64,000 nt of DNA. Origin: a virus. The stretch's first letter is position 1. Each line of letters opens with the position of its first letter. Below, in pieces: positions 30,005 through 41,600 of this stretch. A program made the translations under genes and the position numbers. The notes below the pieces were generated by a model. That model was given only the letters and a program-made list of their open reading frames with translations, did not search any database and was not told the DNA's origin. The stretch is taken from IMG/VR virus record IMGVR_UViG_3300033571_020726, positions 1-64,000 of that record; one strand, 5' to 3'.

Positions 30005-31843
30005 ATGGCAGTAGATATACAAAACATTAATAAAAGTATAAATGATGAAAAAAAATTAAATCGAAGTTATTTAACAAAAGGTTTTGAACAATTTCGAAAT
30101 GAATTATTAAATTATGCAAAAAATTATTTTCCAGATAAAATAAATGATTTTTCAGAAGCTTCAGTCGGTGGTATGTTATTAGATTTTGCAGCAATAGTAG
30201 GTGATTCTTTGTCTTTTTATATGGATCATCAATATAATGAATTAAATTATGATACTGCTGTTGAAAATGATAATATAATAAGGCATATGAAAAACGCAGG
30301 TATTAAATCAACACCTGCATCACCAGCAGTTGTTAAAATATTATTTAAAGTTAGAGTTGATTATATAGACGGGCAAATAGATACGACGCAATTACCAAAA
30401 ATATTAAAAAATTTAAAAATATCATCAATCAATAATATTCCTTTTTATTTATTAGAAGATGTTGATTTTAATAAGGATTATATAATAGATAGAGTAAATG
30501 AAACGCAAGGATTTATAGTATTAAAAAAGTATGGATTAGCATTATCAGGTAGCAAAATTACTGAACGTTTTTCATTTGATAATACATATATACAATTTCC
30601 AAGAATATTTTTATCTAATAAAAATGTAACAATGATTGAAACTGTTATTGATTCAAATGATAATAAATATTATGAAGTTGAATTCTTGTCGCAAGATACA
30701 GTTTATAAATCAACGCATTTGGAAAAAAATAATAACAAATATTATGAAGTGATACCTGCTCCATATAGATTTATAAAAGAAGATAATTTTGAAACAGGAG
30801 ATGTTTCACTAAGATTTGGTTCAGGCGATGCGAATTCAATCATGATGAAATCATTAATTCAGGATCCTACAAAAAGTGCATTATCTTTATATGGAAGGGA
30901 TTATTTCCCTAAATTTAGTTTTGATCCTAGCGATTTATTAAAAACAAATAGTCTAGGTATTGCCCCTAGAAATACTACTATATATGTCACATATATATAT
31001 GGAGGTGGTATTGATCATAATATTCCTGCATATAATATAAATAGAATCGATGATACATCGAATATATTATTTGCACAAGGCCTTGACGAGATTACAAGAG
31101 AAAATGTTATAAATTCAATTTTTGTAACTAATGATGAACCTGCAATTGGTGGTAGAAATACATTAACATTTGATGAATTAAAATCACAAATACAAAATAC
31201 AATTAAAATGCAAAATAGAATTGTTAATTATCAAGATTTATTGGCAAAAATACATTCAATGCCTGTTGCATTTGGTAAGGTTTCTAAAATAGCATTGCAT
31301 GATGACAACAATAATATTTATTCAAAAAATATACATATTTTATGTAAGGATAATAATTTAAAATTAGCATTGGCATCAGATAGTTTAAAATTAAATTTAA
31401 TGAATTATTTAAATGAGTATAGATTAATTGGCGATAGTTTTAATATATTAGATGCAAAAATTTTTAATATAAGAATTAATGTAGATGTTAGAATCAATGC
31501 ACAATTAAATATATCACCAGCGCAAGTAGAAAGAAATATTAAAAACAATATTTCTTATTATTTAAATGATTTTGAAATAAATCAACCTATATCTTTAGAT
31601 AACGTCTTTAATATTATATTAAACACATATGGAGTTGCTAATATAGTAACAGATAAAAGAAATTTAATTGTGCAAAAGACTGATATTGATTATGATCAAT
31701 CGACAGGCACAACATACAAGTATTCAAACGAAATTATAAAAATACAAGATCAAATATATAAAGATTCATTATATCCGATTGAAGGAGGTATTTTTGAAAT
31801 AAAATATCCTGAAATTGATATTATTGCTAGAGTTGTGATTTAA
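30005..31843 (+). CDS. Baseplate wedge subunit, gp6/J-like
   Basis: F...R.EL.NYAK.YFP....DFSEAS.G.MLLD..A.VGD.LSFYMD...NE; LRFG.G; A.GG; QNRIV..QD. Confidence 0.9.
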   Translation: MAVDIQNINKSINDEKKLNRSYLTKGFEQFRNELLNYAKNYFPDKINDFSEASVGGMLLDFAAIVGDSLSFYMDHQYNELNYDTAVENDNIIRHMKNAGIKSTPASPAVVKILFKVRVDYIDGQIDTTQLPKILKNLKISSINNIPFYLLEDVDFNKDYIIDRVNETQGFIVLKKYGLALSGSKITERFSFDNTYIQFPRIFLSNKNVTMIETVIDSNDNKYYEVEFLSQDTVYKSTHLEKNNNKYYEVIPAPYRFIKEDNFETGDVSLRFGSGDANSIMMKSLIQDPTKSALSLYGRDYFPKFSFDPSDLLKTNSLGIAPRNTTIYVTYIYGGGIDHNIPAYNINRIDDTSNILFAQGLDEITRENVINSIFVTNDEPAIGGRNTLTFDELKSQIQNTIKMQNRIVNYQDLLAKIHSMPVAFGKVSKIALHDDNNNIYSKNIHILCKDNNLKLALASDSLKLNLMNYLNEYRLIGDSFNILDAKIFNIRINVDVRINAQLNISPAQVERNIKNNISYYLNDFEINQPISLDNVFNIILNTYGVANIVTDKRNLIVQKTDIDYDQSTGTTYKYSNEIIKIQDQIYKDSLYPIEGGIFEIKYPEIDIIARVVI

Positions 31844-31887
31844 TTCAGCCTAATTTATAATTAAATAAAAAAAGGCAAATTAATTTT

Positions 31888-33792
31888 ATGTACATTATTT
31901 ATCCTATTGAAAAAGACACTTATATTACAAATAAATTATTAAATGATACTGATGGTAGACATGCTAATTTTGGAAAAGCTTCAACATTAGATTTATTTAA
32001 AACATATAATGAAAATATTAATTTAAAATCGAAGTGTATCTTGAGATTAAATGATAGTATTTTTCAAAGTTCAGAAGATATTATATTTGAAAATTATTCA
32101 AATTCTATAATTAATTTGTATATTGATATAGACACTCTATTTACAGATAATATTAATGGAACATTACAAAACAATAAATGGGTAATATGTATAAATAGTT
32201 TAATTACAATTGATGAAATAAATGAACATATTAAAAATACAATTACAGATATTTCTTCAGTTATTGGTATAAATGCATATTTTTGTCATGATTTATTGAT
32301 GTTTGAGCAAAAAGAAAAAGGTGAAAAAGGCGATAAAATATTGGAATTACAAAACAATAGTAATTTTAGCATTGTAAGAAATTTTTCACGTGTAGAAGAA
32401 TCTGTTTTATTATTAAAATCAGATTTAGAAAAAAATAATGACTTTTTTTCATATGATATTGTAAAAGATAATATAAAAATTTATTTAGATTTACATGATA
32501 TTACAACTTCATTAAGTAAACCTAAGGATTATAATATTGAAGTATTACCATTATCAAAAGATTTTAATGAAGGTTTAGGTAGAGATGTATATTCTTTAAC
32601 TGATATTGATGCAGCAAATTGGATATATGCGAATTATAATGGTAATACAAATGAAAAAATATCTTGGGAATCAGCAGGTGAAATAGGTTTAGTAGAAGGA
32701 ATGGTTGCTGATTCATGTGATTTAATTTGGACTTATAATGATTATGATTTTAAAGATTTATGTAATTTTTATGTAAAAAATGGTAATGAAAATATATTGG
32801 TTGATATTACAAGTATATATGAAAAATATTGGGAAGATAATAGTACTTTAGAAAACAAAGGATTATGTGTAAAATTTGCTAATATTAATTTAAACGATGA
32901 TGAAACATATTTCGCAAAAAGACTTGGATCAAAAAATGTTAGAAATAGACATTTAAAACCATCATTAAAAATTTTAATTGATGATAATACATACAATATC
33001 CCAATAAATAAACTTTTTTATTTTAATGAACAAAACAAAATATTTTTATATAATAAAAAAGGTGGAACATTAAAAAATATTCAAAAAATACAAAACGGTA
33101 ATATTGTTGATATTAATCCAACGTCAGATTTATCATTAAATATAACTAGTATTGATAAAATTAATAATATCCCAATTTATTTTAATGAAGATATTCAATG
33201 TGATCAAATGACAGATATTAAAGGACAAAATTTAAAAGGTACATATTTTACAAATTGGAATATTTCATCATTAAACCAAAGTAATATATTAAATTTATTA
33301 TTACAAAAAGAATATCTTGAATTTAAATTTGATTGGTATAATAATGGTACATTAATATATTCAGATATACAAAAAGTATATAAAGATACGCTAAGTACAA
33401 TAAATTCTTTTAAAAGATTAAGAGCTTCTGTTAAATTATATTCTCCAGATTTAGGTGTTATGAATGATATACATAAAATTGCTGTTACTTTTTTTGATTT
33501 AGATGCACAATATGATTTTGTTAAGGTTAAAAGATCGTTACAAGGATTAGATATCGGAGATGTTTTTTATGAAGTAATTGATTATGATACAAATGAAGTA
33601 TTAATACCTATGACTGAGGAAATGAATGCAACAAAATGTCTAAAAGAAAATGATTATTATTGGTTTCCATTTTTTAATTCAGATGTATTTTATGGTAGAA
33701 GAATTCAATTTATATTTAAATTGAAGCAACAAGAACAAAACAATTTGATTGTAAATGCTAATGAAGTATTTAGGGTAGGTAATAATGGGTAA
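31888..33792 (+). CDS. Baseplate-associated structural protein (DNRLRE-like N-terminal domain)
   Basis: EKDTYI...NFG...L, F.EG.G....NW....W, DIT.....W...N.G pattern; follows gp6. Confidence 0.55.
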   Translation: MYIIYPIEKDTYITNKLLNDTDGRHANFGKASTLDLFKTYNENINLKSKCILRLNDSIFQSSEDIIFENYSNSIINLYIDIDTLFTDNINGTLQNNKWVICINSLITIDEINEHIKNTITDISSVIGINAYFCHDLLMFEQKEKGEKGDKILELQNNSNFSIVRNFSRVEESVLLLKSDLEKNNDFFSYDIVKDNIKIYLDLHDITTSLSKPKDYNIEVLPLSKDFNEGLGRDVYSLTDIDAANWIYANYNGNTNEKISWESAGEIGLVEGMVADSCDLIWTYNDYDFKDLCNFYVKNGNENILVDITSIYEKYWEDNSTLENKGLCVKFANINLNDDETYFAKRLGSKNVRNRHLKPSLKILIDDNTYNIPINKLFYFNEQNKIFLYNKKGGTLKNIQKIQNGNIVDINPTSDLSLNITSIDKINNIPIYFNEDIQCDQMTDIKGQNLKGTYFTNWNISSLNQSNILNLLLQKEYLEFKFDWYNNGTLIYSDIQKVYKDTLSTINSFKRLRASVKLYSPDLGVMNDIHKIAVTFFDLDAQYDFVKVKRSLQGLDIGDVFYEVIDYDTNEVLIPMTEEMNATKCLKENDYYWFPFFNSDVFYGRRIQFIFKLKQQEQNNLIVNANEVFRVGNNG

Positions 33793-36700
33793 ATTATTTA
33801 AACAAAAAGAATTGATTAATAAATATAAAATAAATGAAAATAAAAGAGTAAATAAAAGTAATGAAAATTCTAATTTATTAGATTTCGATAATTTAATATT
33901 AGATAAAAATCAATTTGAAAGATTTGATACATATTCAGGATTATTTAATACTCAACAATTATTAGGTGCAATAGACTTTTCAGAATTTAGAAATCATTGT
34001 TTTTTTGATTCCGCTGTTTCAAAAGTAGAGTATACTTTTAATAAAATATATGATGAATTCCCACTTGATGGATCATCAATTGAAGTTGATCAATATTTTA
34101 GAAGTTTCGATGGATTTGGAAAGTTTATATACAATCAAATTGATAAAAATATAGGTTATTTAAAATTTAATAATAATGCACATATAGAAGTAACTAATAA
34201 AGCAGGTTATTTATTTTCTTTAAATAGAAATGATGATATTATTTCAAAATTAACAAAACCAATTTTAAATCCAAAAAATAGCGAATTTTCAATTGATTTT
34301 AGAATATATTTACAAGACAATGTACAATATAACAATCATCCTGTTTTTCAATATTTAGATAATAAAATTATAAATGGCGTTAATACACAGAATGGCTTTA
34401 CTTTTTTTGTAAAAAATAATATTGCAAATTCATTAACAGAAGTTGTATTTATTTTAACCGATGGCGTAAATAATAAAAAGTTATATTCTTCTTTTCAAAT
34501 ATTAAGAAATACGTGGGAGCATATTTCATTATCTATTAATAGTTCTCAAAATAAAAAAAATATAGTCGTGTATCTGAATGGCGTTGAGATACAATCATTA
34601 CAAAAAGAATCAGACATTTTATCAAATTCTAGTTTAGATATAAGTAATGATACAAAGTTTTATATTGGAAAAGCTATATCTAATCATATTATATCTAACA
34701 ACAATAATTATAATTTTCAATTAAATAATAATAATGAAAAATTTATAGGGTTTTTAGATGAATTTAGATTTTATCATAAAAATTTGACAAGTGAAGAAAT
34801 TATATTAAAAAAAGAAACAAACGAATTTGCAAATGATTTATTAAAACTGTATTTTAGATTTAATGAACCAGCAGGAACATATGGAAATAATTCAATTTGT
34901 TTTGATTATAGTGGAAATTCATTACATTCAAGAATAATAGCAGATTCAGGCACTCTTATAACAAATTTGAGATATAATTATGAAAATGACTTAATTAAAC
35001 CTTCTTTACGATTTGAAAACGATGATTTTAATCCTGTTTTATTTCCTTCTTTTACTAAAAATCGTAATTTAAATGAAACATATTTAAATAAAGCAAAAGA
35101 ATGGGATATTTTTAATTCAAATTTAATATTTAAGTTATTCCCAAGACATTATTTCGATGAAGGCGCTGCATTTGAAGGTTTAAGTGAATCATTTAATAAT
35201 GAAGCTGCAAAAACATATTATATTACTGATACTGATCTTCCTGGTCAACAAAAAGTAGAAGCAATTCAAACTTTTGCAAATTTATTAATTATTTGGGCAA
35301 GATTTTTTGATGAAATTAAGCTTTATTTAGATATAATGCCAAAATTAATTGATATTGATTATGAAGATATAAATACAGCTGAATCTGTAGTGAATTTCTT
35401 TTTACCACTAATGACTAAAAAAAATGGATTTATATTTAAGGAATTATTGAATAATAATACTAATAAAATATTAGACGGATATGTAATAGGTGCTGATGGT
35501 GCTGATAAAAGTCAATATAATATGAGATATATTCAAAACCAAATATGGAAAAGAATTCTTGTCAATTCAAAAGATATGATTATGTCTAAAGGTACAAAAC
35601 AAGCTATTAAATCTATTTTTAATTCTGTAGGTATTAATTATGATGAATATTATAAATTTAGAGAATATGGCAAAAGTTTAAATTCATTCATTGAAAAAAA
35701 TTATATAAAAAAAAATAAAGATTTTAAAATAATAAATTTTAATAAAACAAATAAAAATTTAATTTTAAAAAGTAAATTAAACAATTTACCAAATAGTTTA
35801 TTTAGCCAAAATTCTTATACATTCGAATTTTTTTTAAATTATTTTAACGTTTTACAACAAAAATCTTTATCAGAAAGTATTTTTAAATTAGTAAATACAA
35901 CAAAAAGTAATGAATTACTATTGGAACTTATTTTTGAAAAAAATGCTGAAAGTCTTTATGGCGATTTTATTTTATTTTTAAAAAATAATGATAATTCAAT
36001 TACTGATTATCTTAAAATTGAAAATTTAAATATTTTTGATAATAACTTGCAATTTAGTATTCATGTTGAAAATAAAGTTAATGAAATTGTTTTAAGTTTA
36101 GTTTGTCAAACATGCGAAAAAGATGTTGAATATTTTAAAAGTGATTATGTTTTTGCAAAATCTAATCAAATAAAACCTAAAATTTTTGAAATAGTTAATG
36201 ATATATTGGAGATTAATATAGGAAATAATATATCATTTAGAAATATTTTTGAATTTAATGGAAATATATCAAATATAAAATTGTGGAATGTAAATTTATC
36301 AAAAAATGATATAAATATGCATGCGATGAATCAATTTTCAATAGCGAATGATCAGTATAAATTAAATAAAAATTTAAACAAAAATTTGTCTGAATTTTTA
36401 TTACTACATTTATCATGTCAAGATGATGTATATCATAAAGAATTAAATGGAGAAAATATTAATTTAATAGACTTCAGTGAATTAACAACAACTGATTTAT
36501 ATGCTATTAATTATCCTCATAAATTAATTTGTAATAATCCTATAATATCAATTGATAGAATTATAAATAAACAAATTGTAATATATGAAAATGATATTAA
36601 ATTTGATGAACCTAATTTCGAAAATAAAGTAAAAGTAATGAGTTTTAGTGATGTTGATTTGGCAGAAGAATATAACGTTGCTATTTCACCTGTTTATAAT

Positions 36701-37168
36701 GTAGAATATATTAATCAACAAAAAAATGACGTCAGATTTTCAATAGAAATGTCAAATATAAAACATTTAAATGAGGATATAGCAAAATTATTTAATGACG
36801 TTTCATTTTTAAAAAATATTATATCAGACTTTTCAGTAATGAATGATTCATATTATAATAATATTGAAAAATTTTCAGATTTTTATTTTAAGAGAATTAA
36901 AAGTGATAAAATTCAAATCACACCTTTATATGAAATGTATCAAATATTAGATAATATATTAACAGATATGTTGTCTGATTTTATTTCAACACGCGTTAAG
37001 TTTAATAATAATATTTATGTAATTGAATCACATGCATTAGAAAGACATAAGTTTAATTACAAATTTATGGAAAGTCATATTTTAATGAAAGGTGATTATA
37101 GTATTGTTTCAAATACAAATACAAGAAAATCAAATAATTATTTAAATTTAAGTGGAAGAAGATTTTAA
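33785..37168 (+). CDS. Baseplate wedge protein (gp7-like) with LamG domains
   Basis: FSIDF..WEHISL..YLNG..FIGFLDEFRFY..YFRFNE LamG motifs; KGTKQAIKSIF motif typical of gp7/P2 gpI; second LamG-like FNGNISNIKLW. Confidence 0.65.
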   Translation: MGKLFKQKELINKYKINENKRVNKSNENSNLLDFDNLILDKNQFERFDTYSGLFNTQQLLGAIDFSEFRNHCFFDSAVSKVEYTFNKIYDEFPLDGSSIEVDQYFRSFDGFGKFIYNQIDKNIGYLKFNNNAHIEVTNKAGYLFSLNRNDDIISKLTKPILNPKNSEFSIDFRIYLQDNVQYNNHPVFQYLDNKIINGVNTQNGFTFFVKNNIANSLTEVVFILTDGVNNKKLYSSFQILRNTWEHISLSINSSQNKKNIVVYLNGVEIQSLQKESDILSNSSLDISNDTKFYIGKAISNHIISNNNNYNFQLNNNNEKFIGFLDEFRFYHKNLTSEEIILKKETNEFANDLLKLYFRFNEPAGTYGNNSICFDYSGNSLHSRIIADSGTLITNLRYNYENDLIKPSLRFENDDFNPVLFPSFTKNRNLNETYLNKAKEWDIFNSNLIFKLFPRHYFDEGAAFEGLSESFNNEAAKTYYITDTDLPGQQKVEAIQTFANLLIIWARFFDEIKLYLDIMPKLIDIDYEDINTAESVVNFFLPLMTKKNGFIFKELLNNNTNKILDGYVIGADGADKSQYNMRYIQNQIWKRILVNSKDMIMSKGTKQAIKSIFNSVGINYDEYYKFREYGKSLNSFIEKNYIKKNKDFKIINFNKTNKNLILKSKLNNLPNSLFSQNSYTFEFFLNYFNVLQQKSLSESIFKLVNTTKSNELLLELIFEKNAESLYGDFILFLKNNDNSITDYLKIENLNIFDNNLQFSIHVENKVNEIVLSLVCQTCEKDVEYFKSDYVFAKSNQIKPKIFEIVNDILEINIGNNISFRNIFEFNGNISNIKLWNVNLSKNDINMHAMNQFSIANDQYKLNKNLNKNLSEFLLLHLSCQDDVYHKELNGENINLIDFSELTTTDLYAINYPHKLICNNPIISIDRIINKQIVIYENDIKFDEPNFENKVKVMSFSDVDLAEEYNVAISPVYNVEYINQQKNDVRFSIEMSNIKHLNEDIAKLFNDVSFLKNIISDFSVMNDSYYNNIEKFSDFYFKRIKSDKIQITPLYEMYQILDNILTDMLSDFISTRVKFNNNIYVIESHALERHKFNYKFMESHILMKGDYSIVSNTNTRKSNNYLNLSGRRF

Positions 37169-37170
37169 AT

Positions 37171-37217
37171 TAAATACCTTATATTTTTTTTTTATATTTA
37201 TTTAAAAAAGGTATTTA
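37171..37217 (+). promoter_or_regulatory. Anti-RBS hairpin with putative late promoter in the loop
   Basis: taaatacctt / aaggtattta perfect 10-bp stem covering the aaggt RBS; ATATTTA at 37194-37200 in the loop. Confidence 0.5.
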
Positions 37218-37218
37218 C

Positions 37219-38682
37219 ATGTTAACAATTCAGATAAAAGAAGGTAATATTTCGCCTGTTGTTGAAACAACGCAAGAATATATCTTTGAAATAATTGAAA
37301 AACAGTCTAGAATAACAACCAGAACAACCAGGTTGAACAGTTTCATAAATATAAATAATTCATATTCTTTTTCAATAAATTTATCGCCTGAATTACGTGA
37401 TATCATTTCACCATTTTCAAATAAATTTTCTAATTTAGATAATAATGTCGACAATTTTATAAATAACGAGAAGTTGTATGAAGAGGAAAAAGATATTTTA
37501 AAAACATACAAAAAAATATTTTTAGATAGAGATAAAAATGAAAATAAAGTAATAAATTTATTGAATAGCGACTTTATTTTAAATAAAAAAACGAGTATAA
37601 GAAATGTTCAAAACAAAAGTATTAATAGCCTGAATTACTACTTAGATAATTTTATAATTCATGAAATTTTAACATCTGATACTTTTATTCCTTTTAATGA
37701 AATTTTACGTTTTCCTGATACACATGTTTTTAATAAACAAAATAATCGTTGGGAAACATCAGGTGCATTATATATTTTGTATAATATGTATGAAAAAATG
37801 TTTAAAGTAGGATTAAGTCAAGTTGAACAAAATAAGTTTATTTATAAATTATTATATCCTATTACACATAATTCATACATTAAATATTTTTCAGGAATGA
37901 GATTAGATCCTTTTGATTTAATACTAAAAATAGAAAAAAGAATAGATATATCTAATTTTACAGGAATTAAATTTGATAAAATAGATTTAGGAAAAAATAT
38001 AAGAAATGAAGTAAATGTAATAAATGATAAAATAACGATAAATGATACAACTACAGCTACTTTTTCTGATTCTTTTAGAGATTTTTCAAATATAAAACCT
38101 ATATTTACAAAAAAAATTGAAAATATAAATGTAGTCAAAAAAGATTCATTAACTAATACCGCTTTTACAATTAATGGTAAAATAACGAAACAAACTAAAA
38201 AAGTATTTATTAATTTAGAAAATCCAATACCTTTTAAAAATAATCAAATAAATTTAGGTTGGTTAAATAATGATGATAAAAAAAATATAACGCCTTTTAA
38301 TGATATGAATATAAAAAATATTAATTCTAATGTTAACTCTCTTGAATTTATAAAAAATAAAATAGCGAAAATTATTGAAAAAAATGAAAATAATGAGATA
38401 ATAAATATTAAATATGAAAAATCGTTTGATGATGTGATTATAACAAAAATAAATGATGTTATAGTCGATACACAAATAATAAAATCAGGATTTTTTAATT
38501 CATTAACAATTTCATTACAAGAAAAACAAAAAATTGTTAAAATACAAAAAGAAAGTTTAATTCAAACAAAAAATAAAGTTGTTGAATCTATTACACTTGA
38601 TGAAAAATATCCTGCAAGTGGATTTGATACAGAAAACTTTATTAAAAAAGATTCAATAGCATATCTAGGAATAAAGGAATAA
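37219..38682 (+). CDS. Hypothetical virion protein
   Basis: 487-aa ORF, aaggt RBS, C-terminal DSIAYLG. Confidence 0.55.
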   Translation: MLTIQIKEGNISPVVETTQEYIFEIIEKQSRITTRTTRLNSFININNSYSFSINLSPELRDIISPFSNKFSNLDNNVDNFINNEKLYEEEKDILKTYKKIFLDRDKNENKVINLLNSDFILNKKTSIRNVQNKSINSLNYYLDNFIIHEILTSDTFIPFNEILRFPDTHVFNKQNNRWETSGALYILYNMYEKMFKVGLSQVEQNKFIYKLLYPITHNSYIKYFSGMRLDPFDLILKIEKRIDISNFTGIKFDKIDLGKNIRNEVNVINDKITINDTTTATFSDSFRDFSNIKPIFTKKIENINVVKKDSLTNTAFTINGKITKQTKKVFINLENPIPFKNNQINLGWLNNDDKKNITPFNDMNIKNINSNVNSLEFIKNKIAKIIEKNENNEIINIKYEKSFDDVIITKINDVIVDTQIIKSGFFNSLTISLQEKQKIVKIQKESLIQTKNKVVESITLDEKYPASGFDTENFIKKDSIAYLGIKE

Positions 38683-38690
38683 TTAAAAAT

Positions 38691-41600
38691 ATGGCCAGAA
38701 AATATAAAAAAATATCAATATCAAATGATTTATTACAACCTAAATCTGGTAATTCATTAATAAATATTAAAAATCAAATATGTAAGCAAAATATAATACA
38801 AAATAAAAATTCTTATGTACCTATTAATGGTGAAATTTTTGAAAATAGTCATGAAATTAAAGAAAATATTTTTAATGTAAATGTAATAAATGATTTCGAA
38901 ACAACACACAATATACAAATATCATTATTAAACAAAACGCTATTAAATAGAAAATATATATTTAATTTTCAACAAGAAAATACTGATTTAACTATCAATT
39001 TATCTTTAACTAATTCATCTATACCTTTTTTAGATATTGGGTCATATATTAAAATAGTTGCATCAAAAAATATTAAAAGTCAAAAATTTAAGATTTTTTA
39101 TAATGGAAATAGATATACTGAATATTTTTCTTTTGAAAATGGAAATATTTTTAATGATATAATTTTTTATTGGACAGGAAATGAATGGAAATTAACATAT
39201 GATCAGAATCAGTCGAATTTAAATAATACTTTTAAAACAGTATGGAATGATTCAGATATTATTAAAAATGAAATAAATGACATGAATCAATTTGTTAATT
39301 ATTCGACTGGTTTAACAAATAATTTAATCGGAAATAGTCACGTTAATCTATCAAGTAATATTGCTTTTCCATCAAATATTGGAACATTAAATATTGAAAA
39401 TATAAAATCTAATTTTAATAATCTAAAAAAATTTATTAAAAAAGAAAATATACAAAATAATAAATTTATATCTTTTATCGATAAAAAATATCCTAAAAAT
39501 TCAAGTATAATACATGATGAAAATTTTATAAAAGGATTAGGCAAATTTAATTTAGATAGCAATTTATATGAAGAAACATCAATAGAAATAGAATTAGATA
39601 ATCCTACTGACGTATTTTTACAACATACAGCTGTAATACAGGAAACGCAAATTTCAGATAATAATGATACATGGTCTACTGATGTTTATCCTGAAACTTT
39701 TCATAAAGCAAATACACCTTTTGTAATGTATAATTTCTCAGATCAATGTTGGCAATATAGAGGTATTCATAAACCATATATTCAATTTAATGATATAAAT
39801 GCATTAGATATTGATTATTTAACATCAAGTTTTAATAATGATGTAGTTAACTATTTTAATACAATAGACGTTAATGTAGATGATTCTCAATTAATTACAA
39901 CTAAAAAAAGATGGCGTATTTTTTATCAAAAATATATTATGAATCATGATCCTTTAACATCTACACATACACAGTCTTTAAGATTAAATAATAAACCAAA
40001 TTCTCAAAATGAAGATGTATATAAATATCAAAATTTTTTATCAATTCCTACTCAACAATTTGGTTTTCCACATTCATCAAAATTTCATGGTTTTGATTAT
40101 AATGTTTTAAAAATAAATAAATATATTAATAAACCTTTTATCATTGATCGTGTTGAATTTAATGCAAATGTAGAAGTTAAAGGTGAAATATCATATATTG
40201 ATTCTAAAAAATTAGAAACCCCATTTAATATTTCTTTAAACTTTTTTATTTTAAATCAAAGAAAAAAATCTAAGTTTTCTATAAATACTTTTAAAGGCGT
40301 CGAAACAAAATATTTTTCAAATTTTTCTAATGGTATTCATTCATTAACAAATTTTAATACATCTAAATTTATAATGACAAATTCTTCTATTAATCAAGGC
40401 GTTTTAACTACACCTTCATCTTGGGATTTATATATTGATAATAAAAAAGTATATCAAGAATTTATGTTTCAAGATGAATATTCACCATATATACCTACAA
40501 TTGATAATAATACTGGTTTATATCTATCACAGGGCATTGACGATAATCTGTTTGACATAAATCATACAAAGACTTTTAAAATATTTATATCAAATGCAAA
40601 TGTTGATAATTATTCATTTGATGAATTTAAAACAACAACATTAAATATAAATACACATGATGGAGAATATACAAGAGAAATAATAACATATGGAAATGCT
40701 TTATTTTATTCACATTTTAATAAAAGATGGAATGGAAGTTCTTTTGTAAATATATCATCAAATATAAAGGACATGATTAGTAAAACTATACAAAATAATA
40801 ATGATTTATATATTGATACTACACCAAGTCAAAATGCATTAGATAATATTTATCAGGATAATGAAATAAATACAGGCTTTAATTATGCAAATAATATAAG
40901 CATAAAGGCTGTTGTAAAGTCTCCAAAAGAATGTAATATAAATATTAATAATCATTTAATAAATAATCAAATTTTAATACCTACATCAAATCCATCAAAT
41001 ATAAAATTAAGTACAAGTGTAGTCTATAGTGGTAATCAATATGAATCAATTAATAATAGTGTAGATGAAAATGCATATTCAGGTACTAGATATTTAGAAA
41101 GAAAAATATCAGGTAGAAATCAAAATGATTCATACAATAATTTAAACGTTGATTTACCTTTATCTGATATAGAATTACGAAATGATACTGTTTTAACAGA
41201 TTTAAATGTTGATTATTTAGATAAAATGTCAATAAAAATAGATTCAGGCGTTAAATTAACAAATCAAAGTTCGCCATATGTATTAATGCCATCAGATAAT
41301 TTATTATTTTGTTTATCAACATCTAATTTAATTTCTTCTAATTTAATAAAGCAAGTAGTTAAAATTAAAAAAGGTAAAGTTAAGTTTGTTTTACATGGAT
41401 ATATTCCTAAAAATAATAGAATGATAGTTGATTATAAAAATTTAAAGGATTTAAATACTGACAATTTTTCATCAAATATTATAGGTAATACATTTGTAAA
41501 TGATAATTTTTCTGAATTATTTGAAAAATCAGAATTATTTAATTGTTATTTAGATAGAATATTTAAAGGTGACTTTTTTCTTAATACAAGGAAATTAAAT

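Noticed and set aside
27028-37168. Bacterial contractile injection system or tailocin
   Set aside because: Linked primase, RuvC, gp46/47 and late sigma factor indicate a replicating phage; no host genes are present
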